DNA of 64,000 nucleotides from Eledone cirrhosa (Eukaryota), in contig OZ024755.1 of NCBI GenBank assembly GCA_964016885.1, positions 31,000,001 through 31,064,000 on the forward strand, read 5' to 3'. Position 1 is the stretch's first letter, and each line of letters starts with the position of its first letter. Below are positions 1-11,400 of the stretch, piece after piece. The notes under the pieces are model-generated. The model searched no databases. It was not told where the DNA came from and saw nothing but the letters and a program-made list of their open reading frames with translations. A program made the translations under genes and the position numbers.

Positions 1-242
1 GGACATAGGGTTATTTAATGTCCCTGAGAAAATAGAGAGAAATGATTTGAAGAAACGTCATTGCAATATTGGATGTACCATTATTCAAGAACTGAAGAAA
101 CATTTTAAAACTGAGAGAATACCTTGATGTCTGGCAGTAGCATCCTTAGGGATAGATGGATAGACTGGTTTTTACTTGACTCTTACTTTTTACTCTGAGA
201 CATTTCTCAGCCACACCCCGAGAACTGCTTATGGTTGCAGGT

Positions 243-461
243 TTAACCCTTTAGCATTTAAACCAGCCATATATCTCTCTCCTCTTTCAGTTCAAACTGA
301 CCATAACTGGCCCCTCATACGAATGTTAAGGTATTGTTCTCCGAATAAATAATATCAAAATCACATAGATTTGATATTATGTGAGATAATTATGTAAGAT
401 AAAGCCTTTACCGTGAAAATACAATAGTAAATATAGAGTAATGTAAATGTTAAGGGGTTAA
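243..461 (+). mobile_element. About 220-bp TTAA-flanked piggyBac-type MITE (copies at 521-720, 4819-5036, 6524-7081, 12215-13190, 19730-19945, 31835-32062, 44896-45309, 46630-46830, 53840-54052, 61836-61968, 63895-64000)
   Basis: Terminal inverted repeats ttaa|CCCTTTAGCATTTA...TAAATGCTAAAGGG|ttaa; TTAA duplicated at insertion sites; no coding capacity. Confidence 0.85.
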
Positions 462-1936
462 ACTTAGAGAGGCAGGTGCATGGAGAGAAAATGAGTTCTG
501 CCAAGAATGGAAAAACAGGTATAACCCTTTAATATTTACACTATATTTACTATTGTATTTTCACAGAAAAGGCTTTATCTCCCATAATATCTAATCTATG
601 AGATTTTGATATTATTTATTTTGAGGACAATACCTTAACATCAGTTTGAGCAGCCAGTTATGGCCAGTTTGAACAGAAAGAGGTGAGAGAATGCTGGCCG
701 GTTTAAATGCTAAAGGTTTTAGATGAGGATGAGAGCTGGAATTGAATCTCAAACTCAATTTATATGTAGGATATCTCCATCACATCACCAATCACAACAA
801 ACATACATCTATGGTGATCATATATGTCAGCTTTAATGTGGCTTACACAGTTCCAAACACTGGATAAGCCAGTCTATTTTTCTTCTCATATAAAATATTT
901 CATATGGTCACAGATATGGAATGTGTATTTTTGCTGACTATACTGTGTGTGTGTGTATGGACACACTTTAATCTACTTAATATCTATAAGGTCAATGTCT
1001 ATTTAAAACTAACATTCAGTACCCTAAGCTAAGACACTATATTGTACTTGCTTCATTCAACCATTCACACTAATCACAGATGAGTTATCACCTTCAATCA
1101 ATATGCAGCTCAACAGTTTTTTTATAAATCTGATTCAGACTGAATTGTTTTTATTCTCTTAATTCATGTTCCAACCTATACCAGCATGGAAAGTAGGCAG
1201 AAAACGATGATGATGGTGATGGTTTAGAGATAGAACAATGATGGTGATGGTTTAGTGAGAGAACAAATCCATAGAATGATGATGATGATGTTTTAGTTAG
1301 AGAACAAACCTATAGAATGATGATGATGATGTTTTAGTTAGAGAACAAACCTATAGAATGATGATGATGGTTTAGTGAGAGAACAAACCCATAGAATGAT
1401 GGTGATGATGGTTGTTGCCACGACCCTGTTACATGACCTTCCCAACTTTTGAGAAAGAAGAAGGAAGAAATGGAACTGATTGTCAGATAGAACCAAAGAA
1501 ACTATATTTCCATTGGTCTTTCTTTTACTGATACTATCTACCAGTGGTAACTCCTGGCAGGATATCTCTGATTTTCCAAGGACAAGAGGAGATGACAAAG
1601 GACCGTGACGAATGGAGAGATGCTGTGCTGAATAGGACCCGTCCCACCTTTGCAAGCAGGGAAAAGCAGACGTAAAATGATGATGATGATGAAGAAGCAG
1701 AATTAGGACTTCGATTTCACAAAGCCATAACAAATACCACAAAACATCCCATTTGATTCTGCCAATTCACCACCCCTGGACTTGTACTTTATTTCTAAAA
1801 CCCAAATGGCTGAAAGGAAAAGTTGACTTTAGTGGAAATTGAACACTGAACCAGAACATGTGGCAATATTCTTTTTTTAAGTTAGAAAGAAATATAAAAA
1901 TTCAAATAAAAAATCAACTTAAAAACATTAGCTTAC

Positions 1937-2133
1937 CTGCAATTAGAGGTTTTACAGGTGTGGTAATAGGGAGACCTTTCCCAATTGGGGCATTGACATA
2001 GTCTAAAAAGTCTGCTGAAGGATCAGATGAATATAAGTTGGCAGCTTTACATGTGTCCATAGCAGAGCCACCACCAATTGCTAGGAAGGCATCAAAGTTG
2101 TGTTGTTTCACAAAGTCAATGGCTGTTTTAAAA
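1937..2133 (-). CDS. ADHFE1: ADHFE1 coding exon 6 (GGGS NAD-binding motif)
   Basis: Acceptor atttcag|T, donor G|gtaagc; encodes [65 protein letters not shown]. Confidence 0.95.
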
Positions 2134-5100
2134 CTGAAATTAAATACATCTGATATTATTATCATCATCAAGGGCGGTAGATTGGCAGTATCGGTAAGGG
2201 TCGGACGCCATGCTTTGAAGCATAGAGTTACCTCCCTTTATGATCTGAATTCAAATCCCGCCGAGGTTAACTTTGCCTTTCATCCTTACGGGGTCGATAA
2301 AATAAAGTACCAGTAATGCACTGGGATAATTGCTGGCCTTGTGCCAAAAGTAGAAACAATTATTATCATCATCATTGATTAACGTCTACCTTCCACGCTA
2401 ACATGGATTAGACGGGTTTGTCCCATTTAGAAGCAAGTTGAGTCGGGTGACCGTGTCTCGCTCATATAGGACTGTTTCTGGCTGGTTTTCTACAGCTGGA
2501 TGTCCTTTCTAGTGCCAACCACATTTACAGTGTGGACTGGGTACTTTTTGTCGTGACACCGACATGACCACAGTGTGGGCTGGATGTTTTGTGGTCCCAA
2601 CATAACATACACACACACACACATATATATATACTCTTTTACTCTTTTACCTGTTTCAGCCATCCGGCTGAGGCCATGCATATACATATTTATGTTATAT
2701 ACATATATCTTCTCTTGTGTGTGTGTGCATGCACAAATGTGTGTAGAAAACATTTTTTTAAGCTACAGCAATGCAAATAGAACACGTACCGGTCGCTCTC
2801 CGGTGGGTTCGCGGTCGTACCCTTGGCAGTGGAGATTTCTGGTGCCCTTGGCCCTAGGGCTACCTCCCTACTCACCACCATAGGCGTTGAGCTGGCCAGC
2901 TGCAGGTGTGAGCCTCGCGAGTTGGAATGGCTCTTCCAGCGCATCTCCCTTACCATCCTCCGGGGAAACACCTTCTCCATCCTGTCCGCCGGGGCTGTGG
3001 GGAGGCCAGCACGAGGGACCCCATTTGCACACCATACGGATTAATAGGCAAAGTTATAAACTATTGTAAATAAATGTTTGTGAATCCACAAAGACATTCA
3101 AGTGTTACCTTGAAAATATTTAGTTGATCCTTGATATATTTTGGGGAAGAAAATCTTCTTTTCAAAAGAGTTAAGAGAACACAGAGAGATGTGGTTGTAA
3201 ATTAAGGTCCAAGTCTAAATTCTGTCTTAAGCCAGAAGGCTTGTTAGGCCAGTGGTGATCCCGGTTTCATGGCATGAAGCGGCTGAGAGTACAAGACTTC
3301 CTCTGGACAAGACGCCAGTCCATTGCAGTGTTAAACCCCCCAGCTATTGCTGGTACTCATTTTCAGCTGAGTATACTGGAGCAACGTGAAATGAAATGTT
3401 TTGCTCAAGAACACAACACGCAACCCAGCCCAGGCATCAAACCCACGACATTATGATAGTAAGTCCAACAGATACATAAATATATGATATGAAAGTAACA
3501 GAAAGAGTTTCAGCTCAACTAATTAGGAAATAATTGGATGACTGTCTCTTACTTATACAGAACAGTGACTAGGTTTTTATTTTGAGTGTCTCTCCTTTGT
3601 CTGTCTTACACCTAGTCACTGAGGAGGTCACAGAATGTGTGACGAAAGAGCTTCGATAATATATAAACAACCTTCTGGTTATCAAACCAACCAACTGAAG
3701 ATTTATAATAAATTGAAGTGAAACCCAACAGGTGTGTGTGAGTTTTTGACCCTCCCAAAGTATAACAATATCTGTTTTCGACACACATTTTCAGATAAAT
3801 TCAAAAACGAATATATATACATATATATATAGCCCACACTGTAAAGTAGACGTGTAGGCGCCACGGAAAAAAAGCACCCAGCACTCACTGTAAATGAGGT
3901 TGGTGTTAGGAAGGGCATCCAGCTGTAGAAATCAAGCCAAAATCAGTTCCTGTATGAGCAAGACAAGGTCAGCCAACCGGACACTGCTCACAATGGGACA
4001 ACCTGTCTAACCCATGCTAACGTGGAAGAACGGACGTAAAACGGTGATGATGATATATATATATAAGTGCCAAGAAATCCCGGTAGGAGGAAGACCACGA
4101 AAACATGGGTGGAGGTGGTGAGAGCAGACCTCAGATCGCTGAAGCTCACAGAGGAGATGACGAAGGACCATGACAAGTGGAGAGATGCTGTGCTGAATGG
4201 GACCTGTCCTACCCTTGCAAGCAGGGAAAAACAGACGTAAAATGATGATGACGATGATATATATATATATACTAATAAGTATATATATAAACAATCATAA
4301 TTGATCATCTGTTTTATATCAACTCTAAAGAATGTCTATATTACCTTTCATCAGATGGTTCCACTTTTACATCTGAGAATAATTTATACTTCAGGTTTTG
4401 ATCCTCCAACGACTGAAGCGCTACTTTCACAGCTCTGGTTTTCAGCACATTTTTATCTGTCATCACACATATCATCTTAGAACCTAAATTGTAGAAGTCC
4501 TGCAAATAATTGTATAACATCATTACACAAAAATTAACACTAATATGCTATGAAAATATACAAGCTAGACAGCTCACAACATCAACCAGTTTAGACGCTT
4601 AACCGACTACAAACAGCAGTCATATCTCCCTCTTATCACACCCTACCATACTAAAAAAAGACAAAGAGATGCAGGATTTAATAATGTACTTTTAGATATC
4701 CCTAAAAAAGATAGTCATATCTGGAATGTCTTCAATCACAGAGTCTGCTTGATTGTGGCTGTCTTGAGGTTATACAACAACAAAATGCATACACGCAAAC
4801 TAAGCAATAAAAATCATATTAACCCTTTAATGTTCAAACCGGCCAGAATTCTCTACCTCTTTCTGTTGAAACTGACTGTAACTAGCCACTCAAACTGATG
4901 TTAAGGTATTGTTCTCAAAATAAATACTTTCAAAATCTCATAGATTCGATATTATGTGACACAATTATGCGAGGTAAAGCCTTTACCATGAAAATATAAT
5001 AGTATATATAGCGTAATGTGAATGCTAAAGGGTTAAAAGAGACATGACAATCAACTGATACAAATACAATTAATTTCAAAATGTATGTAGATATATAATT

Positions 5101-8100
5101 ATCACCACCAGGGGTAGCATTTAAATGCTTGTTGTTGTTTAGCTCCAAGTCAATCCTGATCAAGCAGACTTATGATCAAAAGCAATTCAGCCAAGACTTT
5201 TAGGTATATGTAGGATGAGGTATTTGCATTTTTTTAAGACAGTAGAAAGAGCTTTGAAGGAGAGTCAGCTGGTATTTCTTGCAAGTCAAGAGACAATGTA
5301 AAGGCTCCCAGATTGGCATTTGATTTTCTATAGGTGCATGGAATAAACAAGTTTTAATATGTCAATCTGACTGGCGTTCATCTTGACTTTGTCTATCATT
5401 TGTGAGGTTCGACGTTTTAAAATATAACCTCATCACTCATGTTTGGATTGTCTGGTATCTGAAGGAAAAGTTGTGGTTATATAGTATTTTTTTAATGGTC
5501 CTTCTGTCATACTAAAATAACGCATCAGGTTGGAGCTAAGGTCTGGAATTGTTCCAGAATGTTCAGTTGGAAATAAGAACCATTTCCTTTGCAGCCCAAA
5601 CAAAAGTATCTTTTTAGTGAAAAGGGATTGTTTCCACATTTCTGATAATTTAGATTCAACACAGTTTTTTTATTTAGCTTTCATTGTTGTCTCTCTGAAA
5701 CTAAGAGTAATATGATTTGGAAAAGATTCCATAGCTGTAAAATATATATATAATTCAACTCTATATTTGTTATAGTGAATGCTTCTCATTTTGTCATATG
5801 AAACTTGTTTGATCACATACATATAGAAGGTGGAAAAAGAAAAAAAAACAAGAGAAGCAAGAATGATGGAAAAAGAAAATATACTATACTCACTTTCCCT
5901 ACTTCTTGGGTAACACCTTCTCCATAACGAACTGAAGAACATGCCATCTGTAAAGCAGAAGAATCCCAAGTTTAAGAAATAATGACAAAAATTAGAAATA
6001 TACTATATAAGACTGTAAAAATATATATAATCGTTGTTGTTTTATTCCTGTTTTCCATACTGGCATGGCTTCTATGGCTGAATACCCTTCCTAATGTCAA
6101 CTACTTTATAAAGTATACTGGGTACATATATACATACATCATCATCATTTTATATATATATATGCTAAAATTCTAATTCATTTTTGCATTACCAAACGGT
6201 TTTGTGGCCATAAATACGATGAACTCTTTTATATGAAATCAAAATAAGTTTCAAATGAAAAAGATGGTGAATCGCCATGTTCCAGAAGGCCACCATGAGG
6301 ATGAAGTCTATTTGGCTTATATGCCTTTCCTGATTGATAGGTAATCAGGTGGTCGGCTGGTTTCTTCAAGTTTGTGTTACAAATCATTAAGTCAAGAACA
6401 TCACAGAACTACAGAAGCCTAGTCCCCTCCTCGTTTCTTGTGTCATGTCCGTAGCCTTCATGTATGCCAGGGAATCTGTCATTATGTTTCCAAACATGTC
6501 CATAAGATTGCTGTCATCTGTCATTACCCTTTAGCATTTAAACCGGCCATATCTGGCCTGAATTCTTTCACCTCTTTCTGTTCAAACCAGCCCTAACTGG
6601 CCACTCATAATTATGTTAGGGTATTGTTCTCAAAATAAAGAACATCAAAATCTCATAGATTTGATATTATGTGAGATAATTATGTAAGATAAAGTCTTTA
6701 CTGCGAAAATACAATAGTATATATAGAGTAATCATTATCATCATCATTTTACGTCCGTTTTTCCCTGCTTGCAAGGGTGGGACAGGAACTGATTCTGGCT
6801 TGGTTTCTACAGCTGGATGCCCTTCCTAACACCAACCTCATTTACAGTGAGTGGTGGGTGCTTTTTTGCTGTGGCACCTCCACGACCACTTTGCAAGGGA
6901 CCCCAGTCCCTATCATCTCATTTCTACAGCTGAGTAAACTGGAGCAATGTGAAATAAAGTGTTTTGCTCAAGGAAACAACACATCACCCAGTCTGAGAAT
7001 TGAACTCACAACCTTTCGATTGCAAACCCAATGCTCTAACCACTAAGCCATGTGCCTCCAATGTAAATGCTAAAGGGTTAAGGTAGTCTGTAGGAGGGCC
7101 TCAAAGAAATGTTGTTTTTGTTTGTTGGTAAGTCCAGCTTGTTGGGCATATACAGATAGTAGAGAGGCTGTAGTGATTTTAGTAGACTGAAACTGTAATG
7201 AATTTTCTGTACACATGTGTATGTGCTGTGTGCAAGCATATGCATGTGTACATCTGTGTGTGTGTGTGTGTGTGCGAGAGAGAGAGAGAGCATGTACATA
7301 TCCTTTATTTGCATTTAACACTGCTAGCAGTATTGTTTGTTTATGCCCTGCATAAACAAGGTCTTGGGACTTCAGCAGTTCAATTTGCCAAGATTAGATC
7401 CTTCTTTAAAAACAAGCAAGGAGTCATGTTCAGCCATAAAATAATACTTTAAAATATTTCATCTTACCAGGGATAGCATGAAAAATCAAATATAACTATT
7501 TTACATGTGAACACAAAAGACTACTTAAATGTCTTCTTAATTTTAATGTTAGAAAGAATTATTCAGCCTAAAAAATCATGATACTAAACAAAATAATAAA
7601 ATTTGAAGAGAAATATAGAAATATTTTTAAAGTGTCACATGAGGAAATATTATTTATGAAATATGATATAGACTGCAAAGCCCCAATAAAAAGAAAATTT
7701 TGCAGAAACAGTTGAAATATTTCATAAGAGAAATAATGGACGGAACATATATTTTGTTGGGTTTGTTTTTTTACAAAACTAGAAATAATACTATGGGGAA
7801 ATAAACCAAAAGTTAAAAGATTTATAGAAATGAGAAATAAAAATATTCTATAATTAGATTTTGGAAAATAAGAGTTAAAAAATGGTTAAGAAATACAAGC
7901 TAGGTTTCCAAATGAAGCTAAAAGACGTGGATTGTACTACTTTTCAAGACTGCTTGGTAGTAATTATATTTAATCTTGGCTAATTGTTGTTTTAATATTT
8001 TGGTCTTTAAATGTAACATGTTGATATAAAATAAAAACTGGGAGGGGGGGGGGGGGGGGGGCATGTCTGGTAGCTTTGCCACTTTATGCAACAGACTTTA

Positions 8101-8124
8101 AGTATTAAATCAACTATGTTATAA

Positions 8125-8174
<50 letters not shown>

Positions 8175-8448
8175 AACCTGCCAGATACAATTCTATACGA
8201 GCGGAACTATTCCCGTCTAACCCATGCTAGCGTGGAAGATAGATGTTAAACGATGATGATGATATATATATATATATATATTTAATATAGAAATGGCTTC
8301 TACAGGACTAGAACTATTTCCTGATGATTTCTTTGGAATGAAACAGTTCTATTCCTGTAAAAGCCATTTCTATATTAAATATTTATACTCTGCTATGTAT
8401 TGAGTACCTTACTTACTGTGATTACCCCCGATTGAACCCGAGATACAG

Positions 8449-8482
<34 letters not shown>

Positions 8483-11400
8483 TGTTATACTTTGGGAGGG
8501 TCATGTTGCCAATAAGAAACACACGCACCAGTTGCTTTCACTTCAATTTATTATAATAAAAACAAGATGGCGTAGGATAGAACAAAGGAGAGGCACAAAA
8601 ACAAAGAAAAGAATCCCCAGTCACTGAAGTCACAGAATGTTGACGAAAGAACTTTGACAATATATAAACAATCATCTGGTTGTGGAACCAACCAACCAAC
8701 CAGAAATTTATAAATTTATTATAATAAATTGAAGTGAAAGCAACTGGTGCGTGTGTTTCTTATTGGCAACATGACCCTCCCAAAGTATAACAATATCGGT
8801 TTCAACACACGCTTTCAGATAAAGAATCTTGCTAAACAAATTCAGAAACGAAATATATATATATATGTGTGTGTTTATGCTTAAATCTTTAATATTTGCT
8901 TTAGGTGTAGTAGAAGAATTTGATGTTAATTTGGTTCGTAAGAAGGTTCCATGAAATAAATTAGCTTCAAAGTACAAGAAACACCATATCGTAGTTTTGG
9001 CTGACTTTCAAGGACTTACACAATTCTCTCTTATCTCGTAACTGTTAATCTAGATCAAATGCTATTAACGTAATCACAACGGTGATAATAACAATTTTAA
9101 TATTAAAGATAATAATAAAATAATGATGATAATAATAATAATTATTATTATTATGGAAGCACATGGCTTAGTGGTTAGAGCATTGGGCTTGCAATCGAAA
9201 GGTTGTGAGTTCAATTCTCAGACCGGGTGATGTGTTGTTTCCTTGAGCAAGACACTTTATTTCACATTGCTCCAGTTTACTCAGCTGTAGAAATGAGATG
9301 ATAGGGACTGGGGTCCATATCATTCCACTGCAAAGTGGTCGTGGAGGTGCCATGGAAAACAAGCACCCAGCACTCACTGTAAAGGAGGTTGGTGTTAGGA
9401 AGGGCATCCAGCTGTAGAAATCAAGCCAGAATCAGTTCCTGTCCCACCCTCGAAAGCAGGGAAAAAGCAGACGTAAAATGAAATGATGATGATGATTATT
9501 ATCATTCAGGACATGTTGGAGGGTTCTTACTGTTCCCAGCAAGCATGCCTTTTGAAGTGTTCCAAAAAAGGGGCTGGACTAATCTTCTTTGAAAACTCTT
9601 TGAGATAGTACCTAGTGCTCCTATGACAATTGGGACGACCTTGATTTCATGACAGTCCCAAATCTTTTTTAACTCCCATTTTAAATCCTGGTATCGGTTA
9701 ATTTACTCCCTCTCCTTTTCTTGCACTCTTGTGGCAAATGGGCAGGCTACATCTATAATCAGGCACAATCTTTTTCCTTGACAAAAACCACCAGGTCAGG
9801 CCTATTGTGTTCTAATTTCTTGTCCGTCTGTATCCTGAAACCCCATAGCACCTTCACTTGATTGTTTTCTATCACCAACTCTGGCTTATGCTCATACCAC
9901 TTCTCAGAATGTGGTAAATTATTTAGTTTGCATAATAATATTATTATTATTATTGGAAGAAGAAGAAGAATTGTTTACCTCAAAAGCATATTCTTTCTGG
10001 GGTTGTGCAGCTGAGGCCCCATGATGGTGTAAACCTGAATAACAAGAAATAATTAGTTATATCAGGTCATTTTATAAATAATATTGTTTTGTTTGTCATG
10101 ACAGCATTTCTGTTAATAATGTTCACTAACATTGGACAACTTTATATATAATAATAATAATTGTTTCTACTTTAGGCACAAAACCAGCAATTTGAAGGGG
10201 AGGGGAAGTCAATTAAATCAGCCCCAGTATATTACTGGTGCTTTATTTTATCGACCCCCGTAAGGATGAAAGGCAAAGCTAACCTCGGCGAGATTTGAAC
10301 TCAGAATATAAAGGGCCAAAACTATATGCTGCAAAGCATGGTGTCTGACGCTCTACCGAGACTGCCAACCCATCGCATAATAATAATAATTGTTTCTACT
10401 TTTGGCACAAGGCCAGCAATTATCCCAGTGCATTACTGGTGCTTTATTTTATCGACCCTGTAAGGATGAAAGGCAAAGTTAACCTCGGCGGGATTTGAAC
10501 TCAGAACGTAAAGGGCCATGATTCTATGCCTCAAAGCATGTGATCTAACACTCTACCAATACTGCCAGCCCACCACATAATAATAATAATGAAATTTATT
10601 GTGTACAGTGCTCAGGTGCACTACAACTCATCAAAGGTGCATGTGTAGTACATGTATAAACGTTCAGGAGGCATTGGTTGGTCTCAAGTAAGAAAGACTT
10701 GCCTGAGGTGTCATGCAGTAGGCTGGAACATGAAAAACTGTGGTTGTGAGGAGAACTTCTTAACCACACAGTCATGTCTGTCTTGAATTAACCAACTACA
10801 AAGGAGTTATGTTCTAGCCCCAGTTTTTATTTTGCAAGAGAAAATAAATCTGTAAATACTGAGTTTTTTATTCTTAAAACTTCCCACGTCGTCAACATTT
10901 TTTTTTTAATCATATTTCAAGGATTTTAAAAATTATCGTAAGGAGGAACGATGTACTTATCTAGATAACCTAGAAAAAAAAGCAGCCTATGATCAGCAAC
11001 CACCTTTTTTTATGGTGGTGGTAGTGGGGAGGGGGGTGGGGGACTTTAAAATCCCTAAAATTTCTAATCATAATGTAAACTATGGGAAGAAAAAGCATAC
11101 AGTGAGATTCGACACAGAATAAAGAAGAAAGAGTTTGTAGCAGATGTAAAAGAGAAGCTTTGAAATGAATTCTTTCAAGTGTTTAGAGTTCTCCTAAGTA
11201 GTAGTTGATAGCTTCAATACATTATAGTGGTCCTCAACATATCATAGCTGAAACAAATGTGGAATCATTATGGTTTGAATGACTGGTTATAAGTAGATTA
11301 AAGTGGGGCTGACCTGAATCTAAACTGGTTATAAGTAGATTAAAGTGGGGCTGATTGGAGTCTAAACTGGTTATAAGTAGATTAAAGTGGGGCTGACTAG

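Noticed and set aside
1-1936. Next ADHFE1 exon (expected VPTTxGTGSETT motif)
   Set aside because: Not found by eye in this interval; presumed to lie beyond the left edge of the window.
9155-9230. tRNA-like sequence with A and B boxes
   Set aside because: It is the head of a multi-copy SINE that continues into CORE-like and RTE-tail sequence; no proper acceptor stem.
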